Shown piece by piece: positions 8,799 to 17,177 of a DNA stretch of 44,596 nt (position 1 is its first letter; each line of letters opens with the position of its first letter). Made by a program: the position numbers and the translations under genes. Source of the DNA: Candidatus Harrisonbacteria bacterium RIFCSPHIGHO2_02_FULL_40_20 (GTDB taxonomy: Bacteria > Patescibacteriota > Minisyncoccia > UBA6257 > WO2-44-18); contig MHJF01000011.1 in the NCBI GenBank assembly GCA_001818675.1, positions 1 to 44,596 on the forward strand, in the 5' to 3' direction. The notes beneath the pieces were generated by a model. The model saw nothing but the letters and a program-made list of their open reading frames with translations, searched no databases and was not told the origin of the DNA.

Positions 8799-9839
8799 AT
8801 GGCAAAAATAGCAATCAATGGTTTTGGGAGGATCGGCCGATTATTTTTTCGGCAGGCTTTTGGTAAAAAAGGTTTAGAGATAGCGGCGATTAATGATTTG
8901 GGCGACATTGAAAATCTGGCGTATCTATTAAAATATGATTCGGTTTATCGGACTTATGATAAAGAAGTGAAATTTAAGCGCGATGCGGGTGGCGTTGGCG
9001 GAGAGCTGATAGTGGATGGAAAGAGCATTAAAGTTATTCAGGAGAAAGAGTTGGGGAAATTGCCGTGGAAGGAGATGAAAATTGATGTGGCAATAGAAGC
9101 AACGGGCGCTTTTGAATCTTTTGAAAAATCAGCGCCGCATGTAATTTCGGCAGGAGCCAAGAGGGTGGTGATTTCCGCTCCGGCGAAAGACGCAGAGGGC
9201 GTGGCTGGCGGACGGACTATTCTTTTGGGAGTGAACGAAGATCAATTTAAAACCTGTAAAGTTTCCTCTAATGGTTCTTGCACCACTAATGCTACTGCTC
9301 CGGTGGCGGCTATTATGCACGAAGCCCTTGGCATTCAAAAAGCTTTCTTAGCCTCTACCCATGGTTATACCGCCACTCAAAATTTAGTGGATGGGCCGAC
9401 CAGAGGAAAAGATTTTCGCCGCGGGCGCGCGGCGGCAGTGAATATCGCTCCGTCTTTTACCGGAGCGGCAATTTCTGTTACTCGGGGTATTCCGGAATTA
9501 GCAGGAAAGTTTGATGGTATTGCTTTGCGCGTTCCGATTGTTACGGGTTCTTTGGCGGATTTTACTTTTTTAACTAAGAAAAGAACTTCGGTTGAGGAAG
9601 TGAATGAAATTTTTAAGAAAGCGGCAAAATCCGCGCGTTGGAAAGGAATTTTGGGAGTAACGGAAGATCAATTGGTTTCTTCCGATATCATTGGCATGGA
9701 TTACGCCGCGATGGTGGATCTTCAATATACGAAAGTTGTTGATGGCGATTTAGTAAAAGTTCTGGCTTGGTATGACAATGAGTGGAGTTATGTTACTACG
9801 CTTGTTCAGCACGTAATGAAAGCGGCGGAAAATTTGTGA
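8799..9839 (+). CDS. gap: Glyceraldehyde-3-phosphate dehydrogenase, type I
   Basis: AINGFGRIGR, SNGSCTTN catalytic Cys, WYDNEW. Confidence 0.97.
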   Translation: MAKIAINGFGRIGRLFFRQAFGKKGLEIAAINDLGDIENLAYLLKYDSVYRTYDKEVKFKRDAGGVGGELIVDGKSIKVIQEKELGKLPWKEMKIDVAIEATGAFESFEKSAPHVISAGAKRVVISAPAKDAEGVAGGRTILLGVNEDQFKTCKVSSNGSCTTNATAPVAAIMHEALGIQKAFLASTHGYTATQNLVDGPTRGKDFRRGRAAAVNIAPSFTGAAISVTRGIPELAGKFDGIALRVPIVTGSLADFTFLTKKRTSVEEVNEIFKKAAKSARWKGILGVTEDQLVSSDIIGMDYAAMVDLQYTKVVDGDLVKVLAWYDNEWSYVTTLVQHVMKAAENL

Positions 9840-9985
9840 AGCCGCACATTATTATTTATTATCTTACTCTTTTTGGAGTTGCGGCGGTGGTTGCGGCGAG
9901 TTTTATAAATTTGGGCAAGGCGTTAGAGAACCAGTATTTAGCCGTAGAGCAGGCAAGGCGATTGGAAATTGAGTCCTCTAGGTAG
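9836..9985 (+). CDS. Possible small membrane protein (49 aa)
   Basis: GTG overlaps the gap stop (GTGA); one hydrophobic helix. Confidence 0.35.
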   Translation: MKPHIIIYYLTLFGVAAVVAASFINLGKALENQYLAVEQARRLEIESSR

Positions 9986-9992
9986 TGTAAAC

Positions 9993-10025
9993 TTGACTTA
10001 AAGATTATCTTAAGATAATCTTTAA
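9993..10025 (+). promoter_or_regulatory. TA promoter with a perfect 28-bp palindromic operator
   Basis: TTGACT -35 at 9993; TTAAAGATTATCTT|AAGATAATCTTTAA at 9998-10025 covers the spacer and -10 just upstream of the antitoxin ATG. Confidence 0.75.
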
Positions 10026-10027
10026 TT

Positions 10028-10282
10028 ATGACTAAAATAGCTGGACTAAAAGAGTTGCGGGAAAATACCGAATCTTATATCAAATCCATTCAAAAGGGAG
10101 ATTCTTTTGTGATCGTTAGGCGATCTAAGCCTGTATTTAAAATAACCCCGATTAGCGAAGAAGACGAAATCTGGGAAGATGTTGTGGATTTTACGAAAAT
10201 CAAGAAAGGCGGCCTTCCGTTGAAGGAGGCGCTTGTTAAGGTTCATTCATGGACAAGTTCGAAAAAGCATTCAAAAAGTTAA
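10028..10282 (+). CDS. Phd/YefM-type antitoxin
   Basis: 'GLKELRENTESYI..IQKGDSFVIVRRSKPVFKI' Phd-like N-terminus, upstream of a RelE-like gene. Confidence 0.8.
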   Translation: MTKIAGLKELRENTESYIKSIQKGDSFVIVRRSKPVFKITPISEEDEIWEDVVDFTKIKKGGLPLKEALVKVHSWTSSKKHSKS

Positions 10283-10491
10283 TTGTTCAAGAACAGCGTC
10301 AGTTAAAAGAAATCCTAGCCCAGTTAGAAGCTGGGTTTTTTAAAAATCTGGATATTAAGAAATTGAAGGGAACGGAGGATATTTTTCGAGTCCGTAAAGG
10401 TAATTTGAGGATTATTTATCAAAAAAGAGATGGCGAAGTATTTTTACTTAAGTTGAGCCGCCGTTCGGAGAAAACTTATCGGAACTTGTGA
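10249..10491 (+). CDS. RelE/ParE-family toxin
   Basis: 'DIKKLKG...FRVRKGNLRIIY...RR...Y' RelE signature. Confidence 0.85.
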   Translation: MDKFEKAFKKLIVQEQRQLKEILAQLEAGFFKNLDIKKLKGTEDIFRVRKGNLRIIYQKRDGEVFLLKLSRRSEKTYRNL

Positions 10492-10506
10492 TACAATAAG
10501 CCCATA

Positions 10507-10974
10507 ATGATTATATATTTAGCCACAGACCATGCGGGGTTTGAATTAAAAGAAAAAGTTAAGGATTGGCTTGTTAAAAATGGTTATGAAGTTAAAGACT
10601 TCGGTTCTTTTCAGTTAGATGAAAAAGATGATTATCCGGATTTTGTGAAAAAGGCGGCGGAAGCTGTGAGTGAATGCGAAAAAGGTAGCCCTTCGACAGG
10701 CTCAGGGCAAAAATGCCGTGCCGTCATTTTTGGCGGAAGCGGGCAGGGCGAGGCAATGGTGGCTAATAGATATAAAGGAGTGCGAGCCGCGGTTGTGTAT
10801 AAATATGACGAAGACATTATTAAGCTTTCGCGGGAACATAATGATGCGAATATTTTATCTTTAGGCGCGCGGTTTATCAAAGAAAAAGACGCGTTAAAAG
10901 CAGTAAAGTTATGGTTAGAAACGCCATTTTCCGGAGATGAGAGGCATATTCGAAGAATTTTGAAGATAGATTAG
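10507..10974 (+). CDS. rpiB: Ribose-5-phosphate isomerase B
   Basis: ATDHAGFELKE, DYPD, GSGQGEAMVANR, SREHNDAN, RHIRR. Confidence 0.95.
   Translation: MIIYLATDHAGFELKEKVKDWLVKNGYEVKDFGSFQLDEKDDYPDFVKKAAEAVSECEKGSPSTGSGQKCRAVIFGGSGQGEAMVANRYKGVRAAVVYKYDEDIIKLSREHNDANILSLGARFIKEKDALKAVKLWLETPFSGDERHIRRILKID
10688..10708. repeat. 21-bp repeat GCCCTTCGACAGGCTCAGGGC in frame in RpiB (SPSTGSG)
   Basis: Second copy of the 8070-8090 repeat, read in a different frame. Confidence 0.75.
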
Positions 10975-11164
10975 AGTTTGCGGCTAAAACATAAATTTTT
11001 TAAGAAATTTATGTTTGCCCGAACAATCGTTCCTGATTGTTTTAGGGAGAATTGACAAATTTTAGTTTTTTATATAATATATATTTAGTTTTTTAAATCT
11101 GGCGAGTCGAGCTTCAGCTAGTGGCTGAAGTTAGGCGAGCCGCAAAATAAAGGAGGTGACCCAA

Positions 11165-11773
11165 ATGGGGAACCTAATCAAGGAGACGCCGTACTCTGAA
11201 ATTACGGCAACGCTGGAGGCGCTTCAGGCTTTGGGTGTGGAGCGGCGGCATTTTGAGGCAGTCAGAAAAGATCCAACGTTAGCTTCATCAGTGGCACAGG
11301 CGATTATCGCCGGATATATTTTGGCAGACCCGATAAAAGCGATTTTCCCCACCTCCGTAGACTACTCCAAGTCTCTAGCCCAGATGATCAAATCTTGTAA
11401 TTTAAATTGGGTTAACCCCAACATCACCGAAGCTCACTTTCCCAAAGGGAAAGCTGGAGGTAAAGCAGAGTTCAACCTCGAATTCTTTCACCCCAACAAA
11501 GTGATGTCTTCCGATCAAATCTTGATCGAGATGAAGAATCGAAAACTCCGACCTGCCGAGCTTCCAATGGGTCTCGCTTTTGCAGAAAAATACCCCGAAG
11601 AACAGAGAAAGGGTCCCATAGTGATTTTTGGTTCTATGTGGCGGGGCTGGCGTGCCCATCGGCTCGTTCCGTATCTTTACAGTATTTCCGGCAGGCGTTA
11701 TCTGCGTCTGTATTGGTTTGAGGATGGCTGGGATGTGGGCTATTGGTTTCTTGCAGTGCGCGAGCCTGCCTGA
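11165..11773 (+). CDS. Hypothetical protein with a DGR-target-like (C-type-lectin-fold) C-terminus
   Basis: AGGAGG 8 nt before ATG 11165; C-terminal 'VPYL...RYLRLYWFEDGWDVGYWFLAVR' pattern; TTGACA at 11052 and terminator at 11815. Confidence 0.6.
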   Translation: MGNLIKETPYSEITATLEALQALGVERRHFEAVRKDPTLASSVAQAIIAGYILADPIKAIFPTSVDYSKSLAQMIKSCNLNWVNPNITEAHFPKGKAGGKAEFNLEFFHPNKVMSSDQILIEMKNRKLRPAELPMGLAFAEKYPEEQRKGPIVIFGSMWRGWRAHRLVPYLYSISGRRYLRLYWFEDGWDVGYWFLAVREPA

Positions 11774-11784
11774 CGGTAGGCAGG
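11765..11784. repeat. 20-bp palindrome CCTGCCTGACGGTAGGCAGG supplying the stop codon of the preceding gene
   Basis: Variant of CCTGCCTGCCGGCAGGCAGG at 17140 and 25899. Confidence 0.75.
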
Positions 11785-11814
11785 GTCTAGTCCAGTGGAC
11801 TGTTGGAAAAGTTA

Positions 11815-11849
11815 AGCCCGCAAGATGAAGATCTTGCGGGCTGTTTTTT
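11815..11849 (+). terminator. Intrinsic terminator
   Basis: 12-bp perfect stem agcccgcaagat-GAAG-atcttgcgggct followed by a T run. Confidence 0.8.
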
Positions 11850-11910
11850 AAATGATGAATTTCAAAAAGAACATTACTGTGTCGTTATGTTGGAGCGGAA
11901 GAATAGATAG

Positions 11911-11944
11911 ATCCAAGTGCTATCCTATAGGATAGCACTTGGAT
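11911..11944. repeat. Perfect 34-bp palindrome (REP-like)
   Basis: ATCCAAGTGCTATCCTA|TAGGATAGCACTTGGAT; the 18-bp core recurs at 21089-21106. Confidence 0.85.
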
Positions 11945-12021
11945 ATGCGAAGTTTTTATTATAAAGGAATTTTAGGTCTTAGTCCGGTAAGATGTCTCTC
12001 TAAGATGTTATACTTAATGAA

Positions 12022-12675
12022 ATGCAAATAATCCCAGCAATTAACACAAAAAATTTTAAAGAAGCGAAAAAACAGATAGAAATTGCGTCGCAAGTTGTGC
12101 CCGCTGGCGGAGTAATCCACATTGACGTCACGGATGGTAAATTTACTTCTAATATCACTTGGGGTGATCCACAAGAATTACAAGAACTGCTGACTAGTTA
12201 TAAATTATTGATTGCTAATTTTGAAATTCATTTAATGGTGAATAATCCTGAAGAGGTGATTGAAGATTGGGCAAAAACCAGATTATTCGGAAGAATTATT
12301 GTGCATTTAGAATCAATGAAAGATTCGGAGTATATTTTGAGTCGTTGCCGAAAATATGGGTCGGAACCGGTATTGGCGATTAATCCGACTACGGATGTGA
12401 AAAAATTAGAACCTTATTTAGATAAATTTCCGGCTTTTCAGATTTTGGCTGTTACGCCGGGTTTGGCAGGGCAAAAGTTTAATGTCGAAGTTATTCACAA
12501 AATCAAGTTTTTAAAGAAAGCGGCGCCGGGTGTTAAAATAGAAGTAGATGGCGGAATCAACTTAGAGACTGCTAAATTATGTAAGGAGGCAGGAGCGGAT
12601 ATAGTAGTGTCAGCGTCTTATATATTAAATAGCGATAATCCGAAGGAGGCATATGCTAAGTTAAGCGGGATTTAA
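12022..12675 (+). CDS. rpe: Ribulose-phosphate 3-epimerase
   Basis: IHIDVTDGKF, EIHLMV, VTPGLAGQKF, IEVDGGIN, AGAD. Confidence 0.93.
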   Translation: MQIIPAINTKNFKEAKKQIEIASQVVPAGGVIHIDVTDGKFTSNITWGDPQELQELLTSYKLLIANFEIHLMVNNPEEVIEDWAKTRLFGRIIVHLESMKDSEYILSRCRKYGSEPVLAINPTTDVKKLEPYLDKFPAFQILAVTPGLAGQKFNVEVIHKIKFLKKAAPGVKIEVDGGINLETAKLCKEAGADIVVSASYILNSDNPKEAYAKLSGI

Positions 12676-12790
12676 GTCAAAATTCAAAAGGTAAAATGCA
12701 AAAGTTCAATTCAAAATTCAAAAGCTTAATTGTGTTAATTTTTAATTTTAACTTGTAATTTTGACTTTTGATTTTTGAGTTTTGAATTTT
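12676..12790. repeat. Inverted pair of degenerate heptamer tracts (TCAAAAT-type / TTTTGAN-type)
   Basis: gtcaaaattcaaaaggtaaaatgcaaaa...ttttgacttttgatttttgagttttgaatttt forms a long imperfect hairpin between rpe and tkt. Confidence 0.7.
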
Positions 12791-13654
12791 ATGATTGATC
12801 CTATTCACGATAAAAAACTTAAGTATTTAGAAGAACTGGCGAATAAAGTTCGTCAGTCTATTATTGAGATGCTGGTAGAGGCGGGTTCGGGACACTCGGC
12901 TGGGCCGTTGGGAATGGCGGATATTTTTACGGCTTTATATTTTCATGTTTTAAAGCATAATCCGAAAAAACCAGATTGGCCGGATCGGGATCGTTTAGTT
13001 TTATCCAACGGCCATATTTGTCCGGTGCGATATGCAGCTATGGCTCACGCGGGATATTTTCCTTTGGCAGAACTAAAAACTTTGCGGAAAATCAATTCCC
13101 GTTTGCAGGGGCATCCCCATAGAACAGCTTTGCCCGGAGTGGAAACCACTTCTGGCCCTTTGGGTTCGGGGCTTTCACAAGCCGTGGGTATGGCGTTGGC
13201 GGCGAAGATGGATAAAAAGAAATATCAAACTTATTGTATTGTCTCGGATGGGGAGCATGATTCCGGCAATACTTGGGAGGCAGTAATGTTCGCCGCTAAA
13301 TACAGATTGAATAATCTGACCGCGATTATGGATCGGAACAATATCCAAATAGACGGGTATACGGAGGATATTATGCCCTTAGAATCTTTGCGCAAGAAAT
13401 ATGAATCTTTTAACTGGCATGTTTTAGAAATTGACGGACATAGCATTGAGCAGTTTGTGGACGCGGTGAATGAAGCGCATGCTATTTATGAAGCGCCGAC
13501 TATGATTATTGCCCATACGATTCCGGGCAAAGGCGTAAGTTTTATGGAGCGGGATTATTTGTGGCATGGCAAACCGCCGACTAAAGAACAGGCCGAGGCG
13601 GCTTTAAAAGAACTGCGGACATTGCAGGAAAAAATACAAAGTAAGCATAAATGA
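12791..13654 (+). CDS. Transketolase, N-terminal (TPP-binding) subunit
   Basis: SGH, RDRLVLSNGH, LQGHP, SGPLGSG, SDGEHDSG...N motif, TIPGKG, WHG. Confidence 0.95.
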   Translation: MIDPIHDKKLKYLEELANKVRQSIIEMLVEAGSGHSAGPLGMADIFTALYFHVLKHNPKKPDWPDRDRLVLSNGHICPVRYAAMAHAGYFPLAELKTLRKINSRLQGHPHRTALPGVETTSGPLGSGLSQAVGMALAAKMDKKKYQTYCIVSDGEHDSGNTWEAVMFAAKYRLNNLTAIMDRNNIQIDGYTEDIMPLESLRKKYESFNWHVLEIDGHSIEQFVDAVNEAHAIYEAPTMIIAHTIPGKGVSFMERDYLWHGKPPTKEQAEAALKELRTLQEKIQSKHK

Positions 13655-14649
13655 TTAATTCGGACGCAAAATTAAATTCTAAAATTTTTGATGCTGATGT
13701 TGAACAACGCGCCACTCGCGAGGGTTATGGAGAGGGTTTGCTTATTGCCGGCGCGGAAAATCCGAATGTGGTGGTGTTGAGCGCTGACCTTACCGAGTCC
13801 ACGCGAGCAGAAGCTTTTTCTAAAAAGTTTCCCGACCGATTTTTTGAAATGGGAGTAGCGGAACAAAATATGGCGGCGGTTGCGGCTGGCTTAGGCGTTT
13901 CCGGAAAAATCCCTTTTATTTCTTCTTATTCTACTTTTTCTCCGGGAAGAAATTGGGAGCAGATCAGAACTACCATTTGTTATAACGATTCTAATGTGAA
14001 AATTGCCGCGCATCATGCCGGATTAATGACTGGCCCGGATGGCGCCACTCATCAAAATAATGAAGATATTGCGATTATGCGGGTTTTGCCGAATATGCGG
14101 GTTTTTGTTCCCTGCGATGCGCTGGAAGCAAAAAAAGCGACGATTGCCGCAGCCAAAATTACCGGGCCGGTTTTCATCCGTTTTAGCCGTGAAAAAAGCC
14201 CTATTATAACAACTGAAGAAACGTCGTTTGTTCCCGGGAAATCAATTTTGGTTTGGAAGTCGGTTAAGCCGCAGGTTGCAATCATTGCTTGCGGATTTTT
14301 GCTTCATAATGCTTTAAAAGCGGCCGCCGAATTAGAAAAAGAAAAAATTTATTCTTTGGTTATCAATATGTCGACCATTAAGCCATTGGATGAAAAGGCG
14401 GTTGTGGATGCGGCGAAAAAATGCGGAGCAGTGGTGACAGTAGAAGAGCATCAGATTTATGGCGGGCTTGGCGGAGCAGTGGCGGAAGTTTTAGCAAGAA
14501 AATATCCTGCGCCTATGGAATTTATTGGCTTGCAGAATACTTTTGGCGAATCCGGCGCGCCAAAGGATTTGGTGGAAAAATATGGCATGGGAGTCAAGGA
14601 TATTAAAGAAGCGGTAGAAAAAGTTTTAAAGAGAAAGAGTACGGAATAA
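13651..14649 (+). CDS. Transketolase, C-terminal subunit
   Basis: SADL, GVAEQNM, GPDGATHQ, TIKPLD, VTVEEH; 4-nt overlap with the N subunit. Confidence 0.95.
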   Translation: MINSDAKLNSKIFDADVEQRATREGYGEGLLIAGAENPNVVVLSADLTESTRAEAFSKKFPDRFFEMGVAEQNMAAVAAGLGVSGKIPFISSYSTFSPGRNWEQIRTTICYNDSNVKIAAHHAGLMTGPDGATHQNNEDIAIMRVLPNMRVFVPCDALEAKKATIAAAKITGPVFIRFSREKSPIITTEETSFVPGKSILVWKSVKPQVAIIACGFLLHNALKAAAELEKEKIYSLVINMSTIKPLDEKAVVDAAKKCGAVVTVEEHQIYGGLGGAVAEVLARKYPAPMEFIGLQNTFGESGAPKDLVEKYGMGVKDIKEAVEKVLKRKSTE

Positions 14650-14724
14650 ATAAAACTATTTTTCGCTTTGTATTGCGGTGCGAGTTTTTTGTTAGTAAAA
14701 ACGGATGTGGTAAAATTGATAGTA

Positions 14725-15750
14725 ATGAAAGATATAATCGCTATTGGTTCAGCCACTAGAGATAATTTTTTGGAGTCGGATTATCAGATGATTGATTGGC
14801 CGGATACGCCTTCAAAAAAGGCCTTGGTTTTTCCCTTTGCGGAAAAGATTGGCGTTAAAAAGTTTTATTCTACTATTGGTGGAAATTCGGCTAATGCTAG
14901 CGTAACTTTTGCTAGGCAAGGTTTTAAAACTGCGTGTTTCGCGAAATTAGGCAAAGATCTAGCGGGGAAAGAATTGATTAGTTATCTTAAAAAAGAGGGC
15001 GTGGCTACTAAATTGGCGGTTTATTCCGACGAGAAGCCGACGGCTTACTCTGTTTTATTATTAAGCGGCGGCGAACGGACAATTTTGGGATACCATGGCG
15101 CCTCTGATACCGTAGTTTTAGAAGATTTTAATTTGAAAAAATTAAAAAGTCGTTGGTGGTATTTGTCTTTAGCCGGAGAATCTGACAAGGTTTATCCAGA
15201 TTTAATAAAATTTGCCCGCGAAAATAAAATTAAAGTCGCTTTTAATCCTAGCGGCCATCACATTAAGCATCGTCGCCAGGAGATTTTAGATTCTTTAAAG
15301 GATTTATCTTTTTTGGTTTTAAATGATGGCGAGGCTGCCGAGTTAGTCGGAATATCTTTTGAGAAAGAAAAAGAAGTTTTTAAAAAATTGGATAATTTGA
15401 TGCCGGGTATTGTGGCGGTTACTAAGGGTCCTGCCGGGGTGGCGGTTTCTGACGGAAAAAATATTTATCACGCCGGAGTTTTTAAGGAAAAAATTATCGC
15501 TGATAGAACAGGAGCTGGAGATTCCTTCGGTTCTGGTTTTGTGGCCGGATTAATGAATTTTGAACTAAGCACTAAGAACTTAGAACTTAGAACAGAAGCA
15601 ATTCAATACGCCATCCGTTTGGCAACTGCTAATGCTACTTCTGTTGTAGAGCATATCGGCGCCACCGAAGGAATTTTGACGAGAGAGCAGTTTGAGCAAG
15701 ATCCAAGATGGAAAGATTTAAATATACAGGTGGAAAGTTTATCCCGCTAG
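14725..15750 (+). CDS. PfkB-family carbohydrate kinase
   Basis: GGNSAN, GERTI, DRTGAGDSFGSGF PfkB signature. Confidence 0.9.
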   Translation: MKDIIAIGSATRDNFLESDYQMIDWPDTPSKKALVFPFAEKIGVKKFYSTIGGNSANASVTFARQGFKTACFAKLGKDLAGKELISYLKKEGVATKLAVYSDEKPTAYSVLLLSGGERTILGYHGASDTVVLEDFNLKKLKSRWWYLSLAGESDKVYPDLIKFARENKIKVAFNPSGHHIKHRRQEILDSLKDLSFLVLNDGEAAELVGISFEKEKEVFKKLDNLMPGIVAVTKGPAGVAVSDGKNIYHAGVFKEKIIADRTGAGDSFGSGFVAGLMNFELSTKNLELRTEAIQYAIRLATANATSVVEHIGATEGILTREQFEQDPRWKDLNIQVESLSR

Positions 15751-15860
15751 AGACAATTAAACTTTAATTATGTATTTAATGAATAAACAACTAGCGTTAG
15801 TCGACGTTAAGCAATCAAGATGCGGATGCGCTTTTTTAAGCGCATCCTGTCTCTAACGGG
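15743..15860. mobile_element. 118-bp MITE-like element (CCCGCTAGAGACA...TGTCTCTAACGGG) at the pfkB/next-gene junction
   Basis: 13-bp TIR with 1 mismatch; internal hairpin ggatgcgctt..aagcgcatcc; provides the pfkB TAG and abuts the next ATG. Confidence 0.75.
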
Positions 15861-17129
15861 ATGAATGGGTACGCAGAACATATCGCTAAAATTTTACGGA
15901 CTGATAAGCATGAGATAGAAAATTTAGAACGCGGATTAGAAAAAGCTACCGGTAAAGTCGGGCTTTTAAAAATGATTGTAGAAACTGATGAAGAATTGTT
16001 GAGCGATAGATTAAGCATTCTTGGTTTGTCGCGCTCATCCTCCGCGGTTGAGGTTTATGACGCTTTAATTAGTAAAATTGAGGCGGATGATTTGGCGCTT
16101 TTAAAATATATAGGATTAGAACGAAAAGATACTGCTGCCGCCGCTCAAAAAACCGTAGATTTTGTGAAGAGAATCCATCCGCCTTTTATGGGGTACTTTT
16201 TAAAAAAAGAAAAAGCGAAACAATTTTTGATTGCCGAACCGCCTAAGAGAGTTTTAGCGGCTTTGGGTTATAAGTATGTGGAGGAAATGCTGCAAAAAGA
16301 AGATTTATTGGAGGTTTACAGCGCTTTAAGATTTTTAGAGGGAGGCGAATGGCTGAATAATGTTTTTTTTAAACAGTATGAAACTTTGCACACGGATGAT
16401 TTTGAAGAACGGCAAATTGAAGTACGGGCCTTGCATCCCAAATGGGCGGCGGCAGCGGAAAAATTTGTCGCTAAAAAATATCATAACGTCAGTCATTTGA
16501 AAGAGCTGGGCGTGATTTTTGTCATTCCGGTTTTTTTGGGGATTTCGGGAGAGACTTTGCGGGTAGTCAGTTTGTTATTGCATTATCTCAACGAAGTTCA
16601 ATTTTATTCGGGGCTTTTTCAAGATTTTAGAAAAGACAATGTTTCTTTTTCGGACAAAGTGATTTCTTTATTAAGGGGCGACGTGATTGAGCATCGCCTT
16701 CCGGAACAGCTAATGGAGGCGGCGCGCCCCAGATTTTTAGTGATCCAGCGTTATCTGGCTAAGGATGATGAAAATGATTGGCGGCTGATTGAGCCACATA
16801 TAAATCCGGAAGCGATTCATTGGCAGAAAGCGGAAGATGAGATTGTTCGGGTTAATGAAAAAATTCTTGATTTTAAAAACGGATTGGAATTTTGGCGGGA
16901 CCTTGGTTCCGTTGGCGGATTTTTTAAGAGTGAAATTGGCAATGATATTCTAGTAAGCTTCAATCTGGTGGATACAGTAATGGCATTGGTAAAAAGAAAA
17001 GAATTAATCAAGTATCTTTATCATCATCAAGAGGCGATGTGGAATAAAATTTTTGCCTATTACTTTGGCATGGGAAAGCTAGAAGAGATGAGTCGGAAGC
17101 ATATTTTGAAGGGATGGTTTGAGGTATAA
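15861..17129 (+). CDS. Hypothetical protein (422 aa) inside the sugar-phosphate cluster
   Basis: Long ORF with host-like codon usage between pfkB and fba; His/Glu motifs (YHNVSHLKELG, LHYLNEV, EPHINPEAIHW); no family recognised. Confidence 0.85.
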   Translation: MNGYAEHIAKILRTDKHEIENLERGLEKATGKVGLLKMIVETDEELLSDRLSILGLSRSSSAVEVYDALISKIEADDLALLKYIGLERKDTAAAAQKTVDFVKRIHPPFMGYFLKKEKAKQFLIAEPPKRVLAALGYKYVEEMLQKEDLLEVYSALRFLEGGEWLNNVFFKQYETLHTDDFEERQIEVRALHPKWAAAAEKFVAKKYHNVSHLKELGVIFVIPVFLGISGETLRVVSLLLHYLNEVQFYSGLFQDFRKDNVSFSDKVISLLRGDVIEHRLPEQLMEAARPRFLVIQRYLAKDDENDWRLIEPHINPEAIHWQKAEDEIVRVNEKILDFKNGLEFWRDLGSVGGFFKSEIGNDILVSFNLVDTVMALVKRKELIKYLYHHQEAMWNKIFAYYFGMGKLEEMSRKHILKGWFEV

Positions 17130-17139
17130 TAATCGCAAA

Positions 17140-17159
17140 CCTGCCTGCCGGCAGGCAGG
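17140..17159. repeat. Perfect 20-bp palindrome CCTGCCTGCCGGCAGGCAGG inserted in a TAATCGC..AATAATGC repeat unit
   Basis: Same context as the 25899 copy; empty versions at 18052-18097 (minus strand) and 29995-30042. Confidence 0.8.
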
Positions 17160-17177
17160 AATAATGCAAATCTTATT

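Noticed and set aside
8979-9003. RDAGGVGG loop in GAPDH as another palindromic insert
   Set aside because: No clear inverted repeat or second copy, and this loop is naturally variable.
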